From NCBI GenBank assembly GCA_038087875.1, contig CM075984.1:25916001-25980000 (forward strand): 64,000 bases of DNA, given 5' to 3'. Of this stretch, positions 26,651 through 38,656 are shown in pieces. Numbering within the stretch: the stretch's first letter is position 1; each line of letters opens with the position of its first letter. The position numbers and the translations under genes are program-made. Under the pieces are notes generated by a model that saw only the letters and a list, made by a program, of their open reading frames with translations, searched no databases and had not been told where the DNA came from. The DNA is from Malacoraja senta. Taxonomy: Eukaryota.

Positions 26651-27302
26651 GCTCATCTTTTATCTCACTTCTCCCTGGGTCGTTGACTCATAGTGTGATG
26701 TTTTGAAATCTTTCTTCTGTAACTGCACTATTTTGATTTGTTATATATATGTGAAGTAAGCTGTGAGATTCAGATTGAAATGTGTCTTCTGTCCTGATTT
26801 TCACGTGGATAATGTCTTGTAATGAAACACTGCCTTATCGTGCCTCAGCAACTGTTATTTTTATGGAAAATTGAACAGTTAGTATGTGGAAGATTACAAT
26901 AGACAATAGGTGCAGGAGTAGGCCATTCGGCCCTTCGAGCCAGCAACGGCAGTCAATGTGATCATGGCTGTTCATCCACAATCAGTACCCCGTTCCTGCC
27001 TTCTCTCCATATCCCTCAACTCCGCTATCCAAAAGAGTTCTAACTCTCTCTTGAAAGCATCCAGAGAACCAGCCTCCACCGTCTTCTGAGGCAGAGAATT
27101 CCACACACTCACAACTCTGTGTGAAAAAGTTTTACCTCATCTCCGTTCAAAATGGCTTACCACTTATTCTTAAACTATGGCACACAAAAATGCTGGGGAA
27201 ACTCAGCGGGTGCAGCAGCATCTATGGAGCGAAGGAAACAGGCAACGTTTCGGGCCGAAGCCGGCCCCTGGTTCTGGACTCCCCCAACATTGGAAACATG
27301 TT

Positions 27303-29950
27303 AGACAAAAAATGCTGGAGAAACTCAGCGGGTGAGGCAGCATCTATGGAGCGATGCTCCATAGCTGCTGCCTCACCCGCTGAGTTTCTCCAGCATTTTT
27401 GTCTACCTTCGATTTTCCAGCATCTGCAGTTCCTTTGTCTATATTTTGTCTACTCCACTGCGAAATCTCCTCATGGTAAGCCTACTTTGAAGAAGTTCTC
27501 CTCCTCTCTCCGAAGACAGTTTAACAACCTCCTCTCTCACTGCCCCCCTCTGTGATTCCCCCTTCCCTCCAACTCTACGACCACATCCTAACCGAGATCC
27601 GGTACCACAGCCACGTTTGCTTTCTCGGGACTTGCCTGCGCCTCCATCTTGTACCTCATGGGTTCCAGCTCCGGTAACTCTGAGTATCCCCCCCTCACCG
27701 ATTACGCCGACCCTCGCTACCTCCCTGATTCCTCCGACTATCGCCACCATAAGAATGACCACCGAACCTCGCCGCCTCACTGGGGCCTACTCACCTCGCC
27801 GCCTCACCGGGATTGCCGAACCTCCCCGCCTCACTGGGACCATCGAACATCGCCGCCTCACTGGAGCCGTCCAACCTCGCCGCCTCACTGGGACCGTCGA
27901 ACATCGCCGCCTCACCGGAGCCGTCCAACCTCGCCACCTCACTGGGACCGTCAAACATCGCCGCCTCACCGGAGCCGTCCAACCTCGCCACCTCACCGGG
28001 CCCTACTCACCTCTCTGCCTCACCAGGACCGTCCAACCTCGCCGCCTCAACGGGCCCGCCGAACCTCGCCACATCACCGGGGCCTACTCACCTCGCCGCC
28101 TCACCAGGCCTGCCGAACATCGCCGCCTCACCGAGCCCGGCGAACCTCGCCGCCTCACCGACCATTCGCTGACCAGTTCCTCCTACTCTTTGCCCGCTGA
28201 CCCGGACTCTACTCCCCGTGGGCCTCCACCATCGACTCCACCGACTCCACCTCACCACTCCACCACCCTCTAGCACACCGCAGCCGTCGCCTTACCTGAA
28301 TCCTAGGCTCAGCACCAGGCCTGAAGTCTCCACGCTACAGACTCCTACATCACGGGCTCTGACTGTGCTGGGTCTTGGTGCTAGTCCCCCTAACCCAGGA
28401 AACCCCAGTGGTTGTTCCACTGGGTCTTCCCCTTCCCCCTCAAACCATGTGACCTCAGCTCTTCCCCACCCACACTATAGTCCTCATACCCCCTCCCTCC
28501 CTGATCACCCCCCCATCAGACATCGCCTCGGCCTCAGTCCACTCACCTGCCTTCCTCCGGCCCCAACCCCCATCCTTGCTGTGCGTTCACCATCCCCCCT
28601 GATCTCCCCCTCTCTGATACCGAAAGGTCTGTCCTCAGCAGAGGCCTCACCTTTGTCCCCCTCCGTCCCCACCTCAATGAGTTCTACGCCCGCCACGATG
28701 TGGAGTTCTTCTTCCGTCGCCTCTGCCTCAAAGCGTTCTTCCATGGGAAGGAGTCCTCGCCCCCCCATTGCTGCCCCCTTCTCCTGTCTCCAACAGAACC
28801 CCTCCTCTTGGACCCCCCCTCATGGCCATCTCCCGGCTTTAGACCTTTTTATTTTAAACTGCCGGCGGGACATCAACCGCCTCAACTTCTCCACTCCCCT
28901 GTCTCACTCTAACATCTCCCCCCCTGAACGTACAGCCCTCCACTCACTGCAACAACCCAGACTGGGTGATCAATCCCGCCGACAAGGGAGGTGCCGTGGT
29001 AGTCTGGCACGCTGATCTCTACAAGGCTGAGGCCACGCGCCAACTCTCAGACACCTCCTCCTACTTCTCCTTGGACCATGACCCCACAGACGAGCACCAG
29101 GCCATTATCTCTAGCACCATCACTGACTTCATCAACTCCGGCTCCCTGCCCTCCCAAGCCTCCAACCTCATCGTTCACCAGCCCCGCACGGCCCGATTTT
29201 ACCTTCTCCCAAAATCCACAAACCTGACAGTCCTGGCAGACCCATTGTTTCTGCCTGTTCGTGTACTACCGAACTCATTTCCACATACCTCGACTCCATC
29301 CTATCCCCCCTGGTTAAATCCCTCCCTACCTATGTTCAAGACACCTCACACGCTCTTCGTCAACTCCAGGACTTCCGTTTTCTAGGCCCCCATTCCCTCA
29401 TCTTCACCATGGATGTCCAGTCACTCTACACCTCCATCCCTCACCAGGAGGGTGTCAAAGCCCTCCGTTTCTTCCTCGACCGGAGAACCAACCAATCCCC
29501 GTCTACTGATACTCTCCTCCGCCTAGTGGGGCTGGTCCTTACCCTTAATAACTTTTCATTTGACTCCTCCCATTTCCTCTAAATACAAGGCGTAGCCATG
29601 GGCACGCGCATGAGCCCTAGCTATGCCTGCCTCTTTGTAGGGTACGTCGAACAATCCTTGTTCGAGATGTACCGTGGCCCTATCCCCGAACTCTACCTCC
29701 GCTACATCGACGACTGCATTGGTGCTACCTCCTGCACCCATGCAGAACTCACTGACTTCATCCATTTCACCACTAACTTCCATCCGGCACTCAAATACAG
29801 CTGGACCATTTCCGACATTTCCCTACTATTTCTTGACCTCACTATCTCAGGTGAAAAAAGTATTTCGCTCCAAAGATGCTGCCTCACCCGCTGAGTTTCT
29901 CCAGCATTTTTGTCTACCTTTGATTTTCCAGCATCTGCAGTTCCTTCTTA
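27303..29950 (+). mobile_element. Penelope-like retroelement (RT pseudogene, pLTRs, no GIY-YIG), 17-bp TSD
   Basis: RT motifs LSRGLTFVP, PADKGGAVVVW, PKIHKP..PGRPIVS, TMDVQSLYTSIPH, QGVAMGTRMSPSYA, YLRYIDD, FLDL across frames. Direct pLTRs at about 27353-27435 and 29862-29950, inverted pLTR piece at 27303-27352. TSD AACATTGG(A/G)AACATGTT at 27286-27302 and 29951-29967. Confidence 0.92.
27760..28165 (+). repeat. About 27-bp tandem repeat inside the PLE 5' region
   Basis: Repeated (C)GAACCTCGCCGCCTCACCGGG-like units. Explains several overlapping repetitive ORFs. Confidence 0.9.
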
Positions 29951-32835
29951 AACATTGGGAACATGTTTCCTGCCTCTAGCATGTCCAAACCCTTAATAAT
30001 CTTATATGTTTCAATAAGATTCCCTCTCATCCTTCTAAATTCCAGAACATACAAGCCCAGCCGCTCCAATCTATCAACATTTGACAGTCCCGCCATCCCG
30101 GGAATTAACCTTGTGAACCTACGCTGCACTCTCCCAATAACAAGAATGTCTTTCCTCAAGTTTGGAGACCAAAACTGCACACAATACTCCAGGTGTGGTC
30201 CTGTACAACTGCAGGAGGACCTCTTTGCTCCCATACTCAACTCCTCTTGTAATGAAGACCAACATGCCATTCGCTTTTGTCACTGCCTGCTGTACCTGCA
30301 TCCTTACTGTCAGTGACTGATGAACAAAGACCCCCAGATGCCGTTGTACTTCCCCTTTTCCCAACTTGACACCATTTAGATAATAATCTACCTTCATATT
30401 TTTGCCACCAAAGTGGATAACCTCGCATTTATCCACATTAAACTGCATCTGCAATGCATCTGCCCACTCACCCAACCTGTCCAAATCACCCTGCATTCTC
30501 ATAGCATCCTATTCACAGTTCACACTGCCACCCAGCTTTGTGTCATTTGCAAATTTGCTAATGTTACTTTTAATCCCTTCATCCAAATCATTAATATATA
30601 TTGTAAATAGCTGCGGTCCCAGCACCTAGCCTTGTGGTACCCCACTAGTCACTGCCTGTCATTCTGAAAGGGACCCGTTAATTCCTACCCTTTGTTTCCT
30701 GTCTGCCAACCAATTTTCTATCCATGTCAGCACCCTACCCCCAATACCATGTGCTCTAATTTTGCCCACTTATCTCTTATGTGCGACCTTATCAAATGTT
30801 TTCTGAAAGTCCAGGTACACTTCATCCACTGGCTCTCCCTTGTCCAATATCCTGGTTACATCTTCAAAATATTCTCGAAGATTCGTCATGTATGATTTCC
30901 CCTTCGTAAATCGATGCTGACTCGGACCGATCCTGCTACTGCTATCGAAATGTGCTGCTATTTCATCTTTTTTTATTGACTCCAACTTCTTCCTCACCAC
31001 CGATGTCAGGCTAACTGGTCTATAATTCCCTTTTTTCTCCCTGCCGCCCTTCTTAAAGAGTGGGACAACATTAGCTACCCTCCAATCCACAGGAACTGAT
31101 CCTGAATCTATAGAACATTGGGAAATGATCACCAATGCATCCACGATTTCTAGAGCCATTTCCTTAAGTACCCTGATATGCAGACCATCAGGCCCTGGGG
31201 ATTTATCAGTCTTCAGTCCCATCAGTCTACCCAACACCATTTCCTGCCTAATGTGAATTTCCTTCAGTTCCTCTGGCCACTAGTATATCAGGAAAATTGT
31301 TTGGGTTCTCCTTAGTGAAGATGGATCCAAAGTACCTGTTCAACTCATCAGCCATTTCCTTGTTCCCCATAATAAATTCACCCTTTTCAGTCTTCAAGGG
31401 TCCAACTTTGGCCTTAACTAGTTTTTCTTCTTCACATACCTAAAGAAGCTTTTACTATCCTCCTTTATATTCTTGGCTGGCTTACCTTTGTACCTCATCT
31501 TTTCTCCCCGTATTGCCTTTTTAGTTATCTTCTGTTGCTCTTTAAAAGTTACCCAATCCTCTTGCTTCCCGCTCATTTTTGCAATGTTATATTTCTTCTC
31601 TTTTATTTTTATACTCTCCCTGACTTCCCTTGTCAGCCACGGTCGCCCCTTACTCCCTTTGGAATCCTTCTTCCTCTTTGGAATGAACTGATCCTGCACC
31701 TTGTGTGTTATTCCCAGAAATACCTGCCATTGTTGTTCCGCTGTCATCCCTGCTCGGTTATCTTTCCAGTCAACTTTGGCCATTTCTCCCTCATGGCTCC
31801 ATAGTTCCCTTTGCTCAACTGTAATAACGACACCTCTGATTTACCCTTCTTCCTCTCAAATTGTAGATTAAAATTTATCATATTATGGTCACTACCTCCT
31901 TTACCTTGAGTTCCCTTATCAAATCCGGTTCATTACACAACACTAAATCCAGAATTGCCTTCTCCCTGTAGGCTCCAGTACAAGCTGCTCTAAGAATCCA
32001 TCACAGAGGAACTCTACAATCCCTTTCTTGGGTCCAGTTCCAACCCGATTTTCCCAGTCTACCTGCATGTTGAAATCATCCATAACAACGGTAGCATTAC
32101 CTTTGCGACATGCGAATTTTAACTCTTGATTCAACTCGCAGCCCATATCCAGGCTACTGTTTGGGGGCCTGTAGATAACTCCTATTAGGGTCTTCTTACC
32201 CTTAAAATTCCTCAGTTCTATCCATACTGACTCCACATCTCCTGATTCGATGTCACCCTTCGTTAGAGACTGAATTTCATTCCTCACCAACAGAGCTACC
32301 CCACCCCCTCTGCCCACCTGTCTGTCTTTTCGATAGGACGTATACCCTTGAATATTCAGTTTCCAGCCCTGGTCCTCTTGCTGCCAGTCTCTAATTCCTA
32401 ATTCCCACAACATCATACTTGCCAATTTCTAACTGAGCCTCAAGCTCATCCACTTTATTTCTTATACTTTGCGCATTCATATACAACACTTTGACTTCGG
32501 TATTCACCTCCCCTCTCACAACGGTCACTCTTGGCTCTGACCTTACTCTTTTATCCCCTCTCGAACTTTCCTTCCCATTAATTCCCATTAATTAATTACA
32601 TAAAGCAGAACTAACTGGACCATTATTTTGTGGTATTGGTGCTGCTTCGGATAATGGAGGAGTAGTGCTGGTCTGTGACTCATTATCAAGGTCAGGAGAT
32701 CCACAGCACACAACTGAGTTATGGCATCTGAAACGCCTCTTCAAAGGGTATATATTTTTTAGAAAATACAGCAGCATTCCCTCGTAGAATCAGCAGGTGT
32801 GTGCGTGTGCACGCACTTGTAAAACACCTCTCTTC

Positions 32836-32839
<4 letters not shown>

Positions 32840-32885
<46 letters not shown>
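32840..32885. repeat. (CT)n microsatellite
   Basis: Direct observation. Confidence 0.95.
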
Positions 32886-32887
<2 letters not shown>

Positions 32888-33369
32888 CCATCTCTCCCCC
32901 TCTCCCTCCCTGCTCCCCCTCTCTGAAACTTACCTGTTTTACACTTTAATTCTGCCCTCACCCTTTCTCTGTCTTTCTCATTATATCTCTTTCTGTTTCT
33001 AATTCTGTCCACCACTCTCATAGTCACACTTTGTCTCTCGCTTTTTCTCTCTTCTATTAGGCTCTATCTCTCTGTTTCTCCTAGTCTCACTCTTATCTTC
33101 CTTTATCTCTGCCTCCAATACCATTTCTTTCTCTGTCTCTCTCTGACAGGTAATGTTTTGAAGAATTCTCAATGTGGGCGATTTATCGCCTGTCTCGTAG
33201 CCTTATCTTGTGCTTCAGTTTAACCCCCATATGACTGATGCACTTCCTGAAAGGTTAAACTGTCAAAAAAAATCTGTCTTCCACCTCCACAGTCTCCGAA
33301 GGAACAATTTCTTACAAAGTGCGCGTTTGAAGAATATTCTGGTTGGGCTGTGCAGAAATTTCCATTTCT

Positions 33370-33870
33370 AAAAGAAGGACTTGCCTCAACCTCAGCAACC
33401 TCAGGACGACCCAAATGATTCATAGCGAATTAAATACCTTTTGAAGTGCAGTCACAAATGTAATGTGCAAAACGTAGCAGGCAGCTTGAGCATTGCAAGT
33501 TCCACTAAACTCCAGTCCAATGAACCATATAATCTGTACTCCTTATCCTGGTTGGGAAATAAATATTGCCCAGAATAACACTACACTCCCCCACCATAGT
33601 TTTTTCTCTCTGTTTTTCTTCCTCCTTTCTGATCCTTTCTTTTACTGTGAAATGTCAAATTGAGAGAGCAGGTGGGATCTTGATGTACTGCTGCACTCCA
33701 GATCTTAATACCCATGACAATAAACTAAACTAAACTAAACCAAAGCTTCCATGCCCCACAGCATAGTGCAGCGCTCCCTCAGTCCTGCGCCTTTGGCAGA
33801 GCAACATCAACCGTGTTGTTGCTGCACTGGGCTATCAGCTGGAACTTGTGCTCAAACTGATCTCTATCTG
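33370..33870 (-). mobile_element. Old SINE remnant, DeuSINE (SacSINE1/AmnSINE)-like
   Basis: Degenerate ACTTTTGAAGTGTAGTCAC-, AATAAATATTGCCCAG- and GTGCAGCGCTCCCTCAGT-like blocks. Family name is from recall only. Confidence 0.4.
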
Positions 33871-34199
33871 TGACCTAATGCCCCTGTCCCACTTAGGAGA
33901 CCTGAACGGAAACCTCTGGAGACCTTGCGCCCCACCCAAGGTTTCCGTGAGATTCCCGGAGGTTTCCGTGAGGTTCCCAGAGGTTTTGGTCACTCTCCCT
34001 AATGGTCGAAAGTGGTTTCCGCGTAGTCGAGGCTTCTATGTTCCTGCGATTATTTCAACAAAACCAAAAGCGGCCTCGACTAAAAATAGGTTGCCGTTTG
34101 GTTGAAGCCAGTGGAGTGGGGTTGCTATTTACTTACAGGCAGTCGAAGGCAATCTCCTTCGCTGACCGGCCATTTTGATTGGCTCATTGGAGTTTTCAG

Positions 34200-34221
34200 C
34201 AAAGATCCTGTAGGATCTTTG
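34200..34221. mobile_element. 22-bp palindromic micro-insertion with 8-bp TSD (hAT-like ends), copy 1
   Basis: GTTTTCAG[CAAAGATCCTGTAGGATCTTTG]GTTTTCAG. Confidence 0.8.
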
Positions 34222-34558
34222 GTTTTCAGGACCTAGAAGATCCGCTGGAAGGTAAAATGCCCGCTAACTTTATTAAACTTCTTAAAACTGTCTCCACTCC
34301 TTCTCCCCCCCTTCTCTCCCCTTCTCCCCCCTTCTCTCTCCTCTTCTCTCCCTTTCTCTCTCCCCTTCTCTTCCCCTTCTCTCTCCCTTTCTCTGTCCTT
34401 CTCTCCCCTTCTTTCCCCTTCTCTCCCTCCCTCTAAAGGACTTACAGTGTTCTGTGGCAGCCGTTTACCTTCCTCTTCATCGCGCAGACAGCGCTCCTCT
34501 GCTGTCCCTGGCCCCCACCTTCGCGATGTGTTTGTGTGTGTGTGTGTGCAGTCGGTAG

Positions 34559-34580
34559 CAAAGATCCTGTAGGATCTTTG
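34559..34580. mobile_element. 22-bp palindromic micro-insertion with 8-bp TSD (hAT-like ends), copy 2
   Basis: GTCGGTAG[CAAAGATCCTGTAGGATCTTTG]GTCAGTAG. Confidence 0.8.
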
Positions 34581-34720
34581 GTCAGTAGATGCAGCTCACG
34601 CATCGGTCAAGGCTTTCCAGGCAAGTGACCAAAACCCCTGGCGACTCATGGAAACCTTGGGTGGGGCGCAAGGTCCCCAGAGGTTTCCGTTCAGGTTTCC
34701 TAAGTGGGACAGGGGCATAA

Positions 34721-34858
34721 GTGAGTCTGAAGAAGGGTCTCGTCCCAAAACGTCACCCATTCCTTCTCTCCAGAGAAGCTGCCTGTCCCGCTGAGTTACT
34801 CCAGCAATTTGTGTCTATCTTTGGTGTAAACGAGCATCTGCAGTTCCTTCCTACACTG
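34721..34858 (+). mobile_element. Solo Penelope-like pLTR with mutated hammerhead motif
   Basis: CTGAAGAAGGGTCTCGTCCCAAAACGTC followed by the pLTR body. GTGACCTAA duplicated at 33870-33878 and 34859-34867. Confidence 0.8.
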
Positions 34859-37784
34859 GTGACCTAACTGGGTAAAATGCTATCATCACCCCCTCCTCAG
34901 GCAATTTCACATGCTGATTACATTGCAATGATTTAATGGGTTATTTACCATCCTGCTTAAAGTTGAGAATGTGAATGTTCTCGGCCAGTGCAGTAGTCTC
35001 AGTAAATTACACCTAGAAGAATCAGCACCTGCAGATGCTTGGTGCTTTGACATCACCAGGTTTTGTGCAGCAATAATGATAAATTGAACAATTTTCTTTT
35101 ACCATCATTTTCTGTGGAAATGGAACATTGAGTTCTCTTCTAATTTTGATTCCTGACTTACACTGTGTGCTACTCTTCATTTAACTCTAGTTGTTTGTAA
35201 GATGCTAACACTGGGCTCGATGCTCTGAGAGAGTTCTGCACCTTCACTGGGAAATCTTCGGCAAGTATCGGAGAAGCAGCGGAGAGTCTGTCAGGAGTGA
35301 GTCCCCAATTTTAAATCCTTTCTCACTGAGTAACTTTGATCTCGGTAACACTTGTAGTAACTCCTGGCCCACTATCCAGGAATGATGTTAGTAATAGCAG
35401 ATACCAGCCAACACACTCAGAGATCATTCATTTGTTGCGGAATGAGGAGCATCACGGACAGGACTATAGTTGTAGGCTCTCTGAGTAGAGAGCCTAGATG
35501 TTGTTGGAGCTACTCCAAAACCCTTGGTTTTGTGAACAACAAGACAGAGAATCTCAGAGAAAGGGAGGGAATTATAACTGTGCAAAGTTTTATAGGATAT
35601 CATTTGCAGCGATACAGTTGGAACTAATAACTGCAGATGAAGGGAATCTGAAGCAAAAGCAGGTAGTGGGAGTGTTCAACAAGTCTGGCAGCATGTGTGG
35701 GCAGTCTGCGCATGTTTGGACCTTTGTCAGAACTGGAAATGTGAGGAGGCTAGAGTTTTACTTTGCAGAGAGGGCTGGGTGGAGAGGACAGGGAGTGTCT
35801 GAACTGCTGTGCAGTTAAGCTGTCAAGGTAACAATTACTTTAAAACTGGCAAATGAAACAAACATAATACAGAAACAAAAGTACCAGCATATCTGTGAAA
35901 AAGAGGGATTTACCTGAAATTAATAAACTCGGTATTATTTTGAATCAAAGATTTCCTAAAAAAAAACAAGTACTGGAGGAACTCAGTAGATCAGGCAGCA
36001 TCTGTGGAGGGAACCTTCTTCAGAGTGAGACGTCCCAACCTGAAACATCATTTGTCATTCCTTCCAAAGATGCTGCCTGACCCATTTGAGTTCCTCCAGT
36101 ACTAAGCTTTTTACTCAATATTCCAGCATCTGCAGTCTCTTTTGCCTCAAAACTTCCCTACTGTTACACTCCATACCCTTTGCAATAAAGGCAAACTTTC
36201 CATTTGTCTTCCAGGTTACTTGCCGTGCCTGCATGCTGTGTGAATAACCTCACATATTCCTACGTTATATTCCAGCTGACAACTTCTTGCCCACTCACAT
36301 AACCTATCTATATCTTTTTGCTGGCTCAATGTGTCCCTTTAGAACTTGCTAGTCCTTATATCTTCCCTCTTCAGCAAGTCTGGCTACAGTATATTAGCTT
36401 TCTTCATCCAAGTCAATAATAAGGATTGGAAATGGTGGACTGATCCTTGCGGCACTCCACTGGTTACTGTTTGTCAATTGAAAGTGACACATTTATCTCG
36501 ACTTTCTGTTTCCTGTCAGTTCGTCAATCCCCTTTCCAGGCCAGTATATTATCTCAAACACGTATACTGTCATGCTGTCAAAAACTATCTTGGCACCTTG
36601 TCAACATTCTTTTGGGAATCCAAATACACCACATCTACTGCTTCCCTTTATCTATCCTGTTCACTGAACTCAAAAACAAGTGTCCAATGCACTGTCTCTT
36701 TCATAAAACCACGTTGGCCTTGCTTTATTGGCTCATGTTTTTTAAATGTCCTGCTGTTGCTTCCGAGACTCCTGAATTTTCCCAATGACAGGCTTTAGCT
36801 AACTACATGTAGTTTCCTGATTTCTTTCCGCCTCCCTTCTTGAATAGTAGCATTACGGTTGCAGTTTTACGGCCCAGGTGCTCGTCTAAACACTTCTTAA
36901 ATGCTGTCAGTGAACCAGCTTTTGGGTGTGAAAAAAACACAAAGTACTGGAAGAACTCAGCGGGTCAGGCAGCATCTGTGGAGGGAATGGACAGACGGCG
37001 TTTTGGCTTGGGCCCCTTCTTCAGATTGCATGTGAAAGTAGGGGATGTGTTCAATTCAGTTTTAGTTTATTGTCACATGTACCGAGGTACAGTGAAAAGC
37101 TTTTGTTGCATGCTAACTAGTCAGCGGAAAGACAATACATGATTACAGTCGAGTCATTAACAGTGTAGAGATACAAAATAAGGGAATAACATTTAATGCA
37201 AGATAAAGCCAGTAAAGTACGATCAAAGATAGTCCGAGGGTTACCAATGAGGTAGATAGTAGTTCAGGACTGCTCTTTAGTTGCGGTAGGATGGTTCAGT
37301 TGATGAACAATGGTTGCAGTGTGGATAGTGAGGAGCATAGCCTCTGGCTGCAACACAACATCATGAACTGGTAAGGAAAGCAGAAAAAAGGTAGATGGAA
37401 TTTATTCCTGAAAAATGTTTTGAATGTTTGAGTTCCTCGGTGTCGAGTGGCAGCAGATCTTAGATTGTATTCCTTCTCCACAGAGCCTCTGCGTTTGCTG
37501 CACCATGCCTCGGTGCATCCCTCAGTGCAGCTCCTGCAGCGAATGCAAGGAAATGGGATCAGTTTAGATGATGGCCAGAACAGACAGTTGTCTGAAGGGC
37601 CTGTCTGTACTGTATGAGTCTATATGACAGTGGTGTGTGGTCACATTGAACTGCCGTGGTCCTGTGGTGAGGTTGCTACCTCCATGCTCCTGAGGAGAGA
37701 ATTCCAGCAATGATAAAGGCCCAATGTTATTTTTCCAGTCTGGATAATGAGTAACCTGGAGGGAACCAGAAGGTGATAGTTCTT

Positions 37785-38240
37785 CATAAGTCATAGGAGC
37801 AGCATTAGGCCATTCGGCCCATCGAGTCTACTCCACCATTCAATCATGGCTGATCTATCTCTCTCAAGCCCTTTCTCCTGCCATCTCCCCATAATCCCTG
37901 ACACCCTTACCAATCAAGAACATTTCAATCTCCACCTTAAACACACCCAATGTCTTGACCTCCACAGTCATGTGTGGCAATGAATTCCACAGATTTACCA
38001 CCCTCTTATTGAAGAATTTCCTCCTCATCTCCTTTCTACAGGTACGTCCTTTTATTCTGAGGCTGTACACTCTGGTCCGAAACTTTCCCATTAGTAGAAA
38101 CATCCTCACCACATCCACTCTCATCCACATCCACTAGGCATTTCACTATTCGGTAAGTTTGACTGAGGTCCCTCATAAACATACCTCTTGTAACCTCAAG
38201 TGAGCAGTGCCATCAAATGCTCAACATACGTTAACCCAAT
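37785..38240 (-). mobile_element. CR1 LINE 3' end
   Basis: ORF 37864-38130 (FFNKRVVNLWNSLP...FKVEIE) plus the tail. Confidence 0.85.
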
Positions 38241-38456
38241 CACCCCGTGATAGTGTTCCCATAGCACTGCCATTGTCCATCTTGGTGCCACACTTCAGAG
38301 TTTTGGTTGAAGAGTTTTGGATTGCAGATGAAATTGAACTACATTTATCAATGAATGTCCACTTTGTGATGAAGGAAGGCCATTGATGAAACAAGGCAGC
38401 ATGGTTGGGCTCAGGATCTTGCTCTCTGGAACCCCTGCTGTAATGTCCTATGTGAT

Positions 38457-38656
38457 NNNNNNNNNNNNNNNNNNNNNNNNNNNNNNNNNNNNNNNNNNNN
38501 NNNNNNNNNNNNNNNNNNNNNNNNNNNNNNNNNNNNNNNNNNNNNNNNNNNNNNNNNNNNNNNNNNNNNNNNNNNNNNNNNNNNNNNNNNNNNNNNNNNN
38601 NNNNNNNNNNNNNNNNNNNNNNNNNNNNNNNNNNNNNNNNNNNNNNNNNNNNNNNN
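38457..38656. other. Assembly gap (exactly 200 N)
   Basis: Direct observation. The round length suggests a scaffold join of unknown true size. Confidence 1.

Larger units (their letters stand above)
26897..32585 (-). mobile_element. Long CR1 LINE (APE endonuclease + RT ORF2, frameshifted), interrupted by PLE insertions
   Basis: Minus-strand ORFs give YMNAQSIRNK, GGGVALLV, IGVIYRPP, DFN (APE); KSPGPDG, WRVANVVPLFKKG, NYRPVSLTS, VYLDFQKTFDKV (RT); MQFNVDKCEV, PHLEYCVQFWSP. The 3' tail is at 26897-27302. Confidence 0.95.
33879..34717. mobile_element. PIF/Harbinger-type MITE with about 68-bp TIRs
   Basis: TGCCCCTGTCCCACTTAGG...CAAGGTTTCC and its reverse complement at the right end. TAA TSD at 33876-33878 and 34718-34720. 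Confidence 0.9.

Noticed and set aside
27617-28273. Long repetitive ORFs (PRRLTG / TSPPH repeats) as a novel host protein or CRISPR-like array
   Set aside because: They arise from a 27-bp tandem repeat inside the Penelope-like element. There are no unique spacers, and the genome is eukaryotic.
35190-35297. Possible exon ending at GGA|GTGAGT (one frame reads DANTGLDALREFCTFTGKSS...)
   Set aside because: No recognisable homology and an ambiguous acceptor. It cannot be supported without RNA data.
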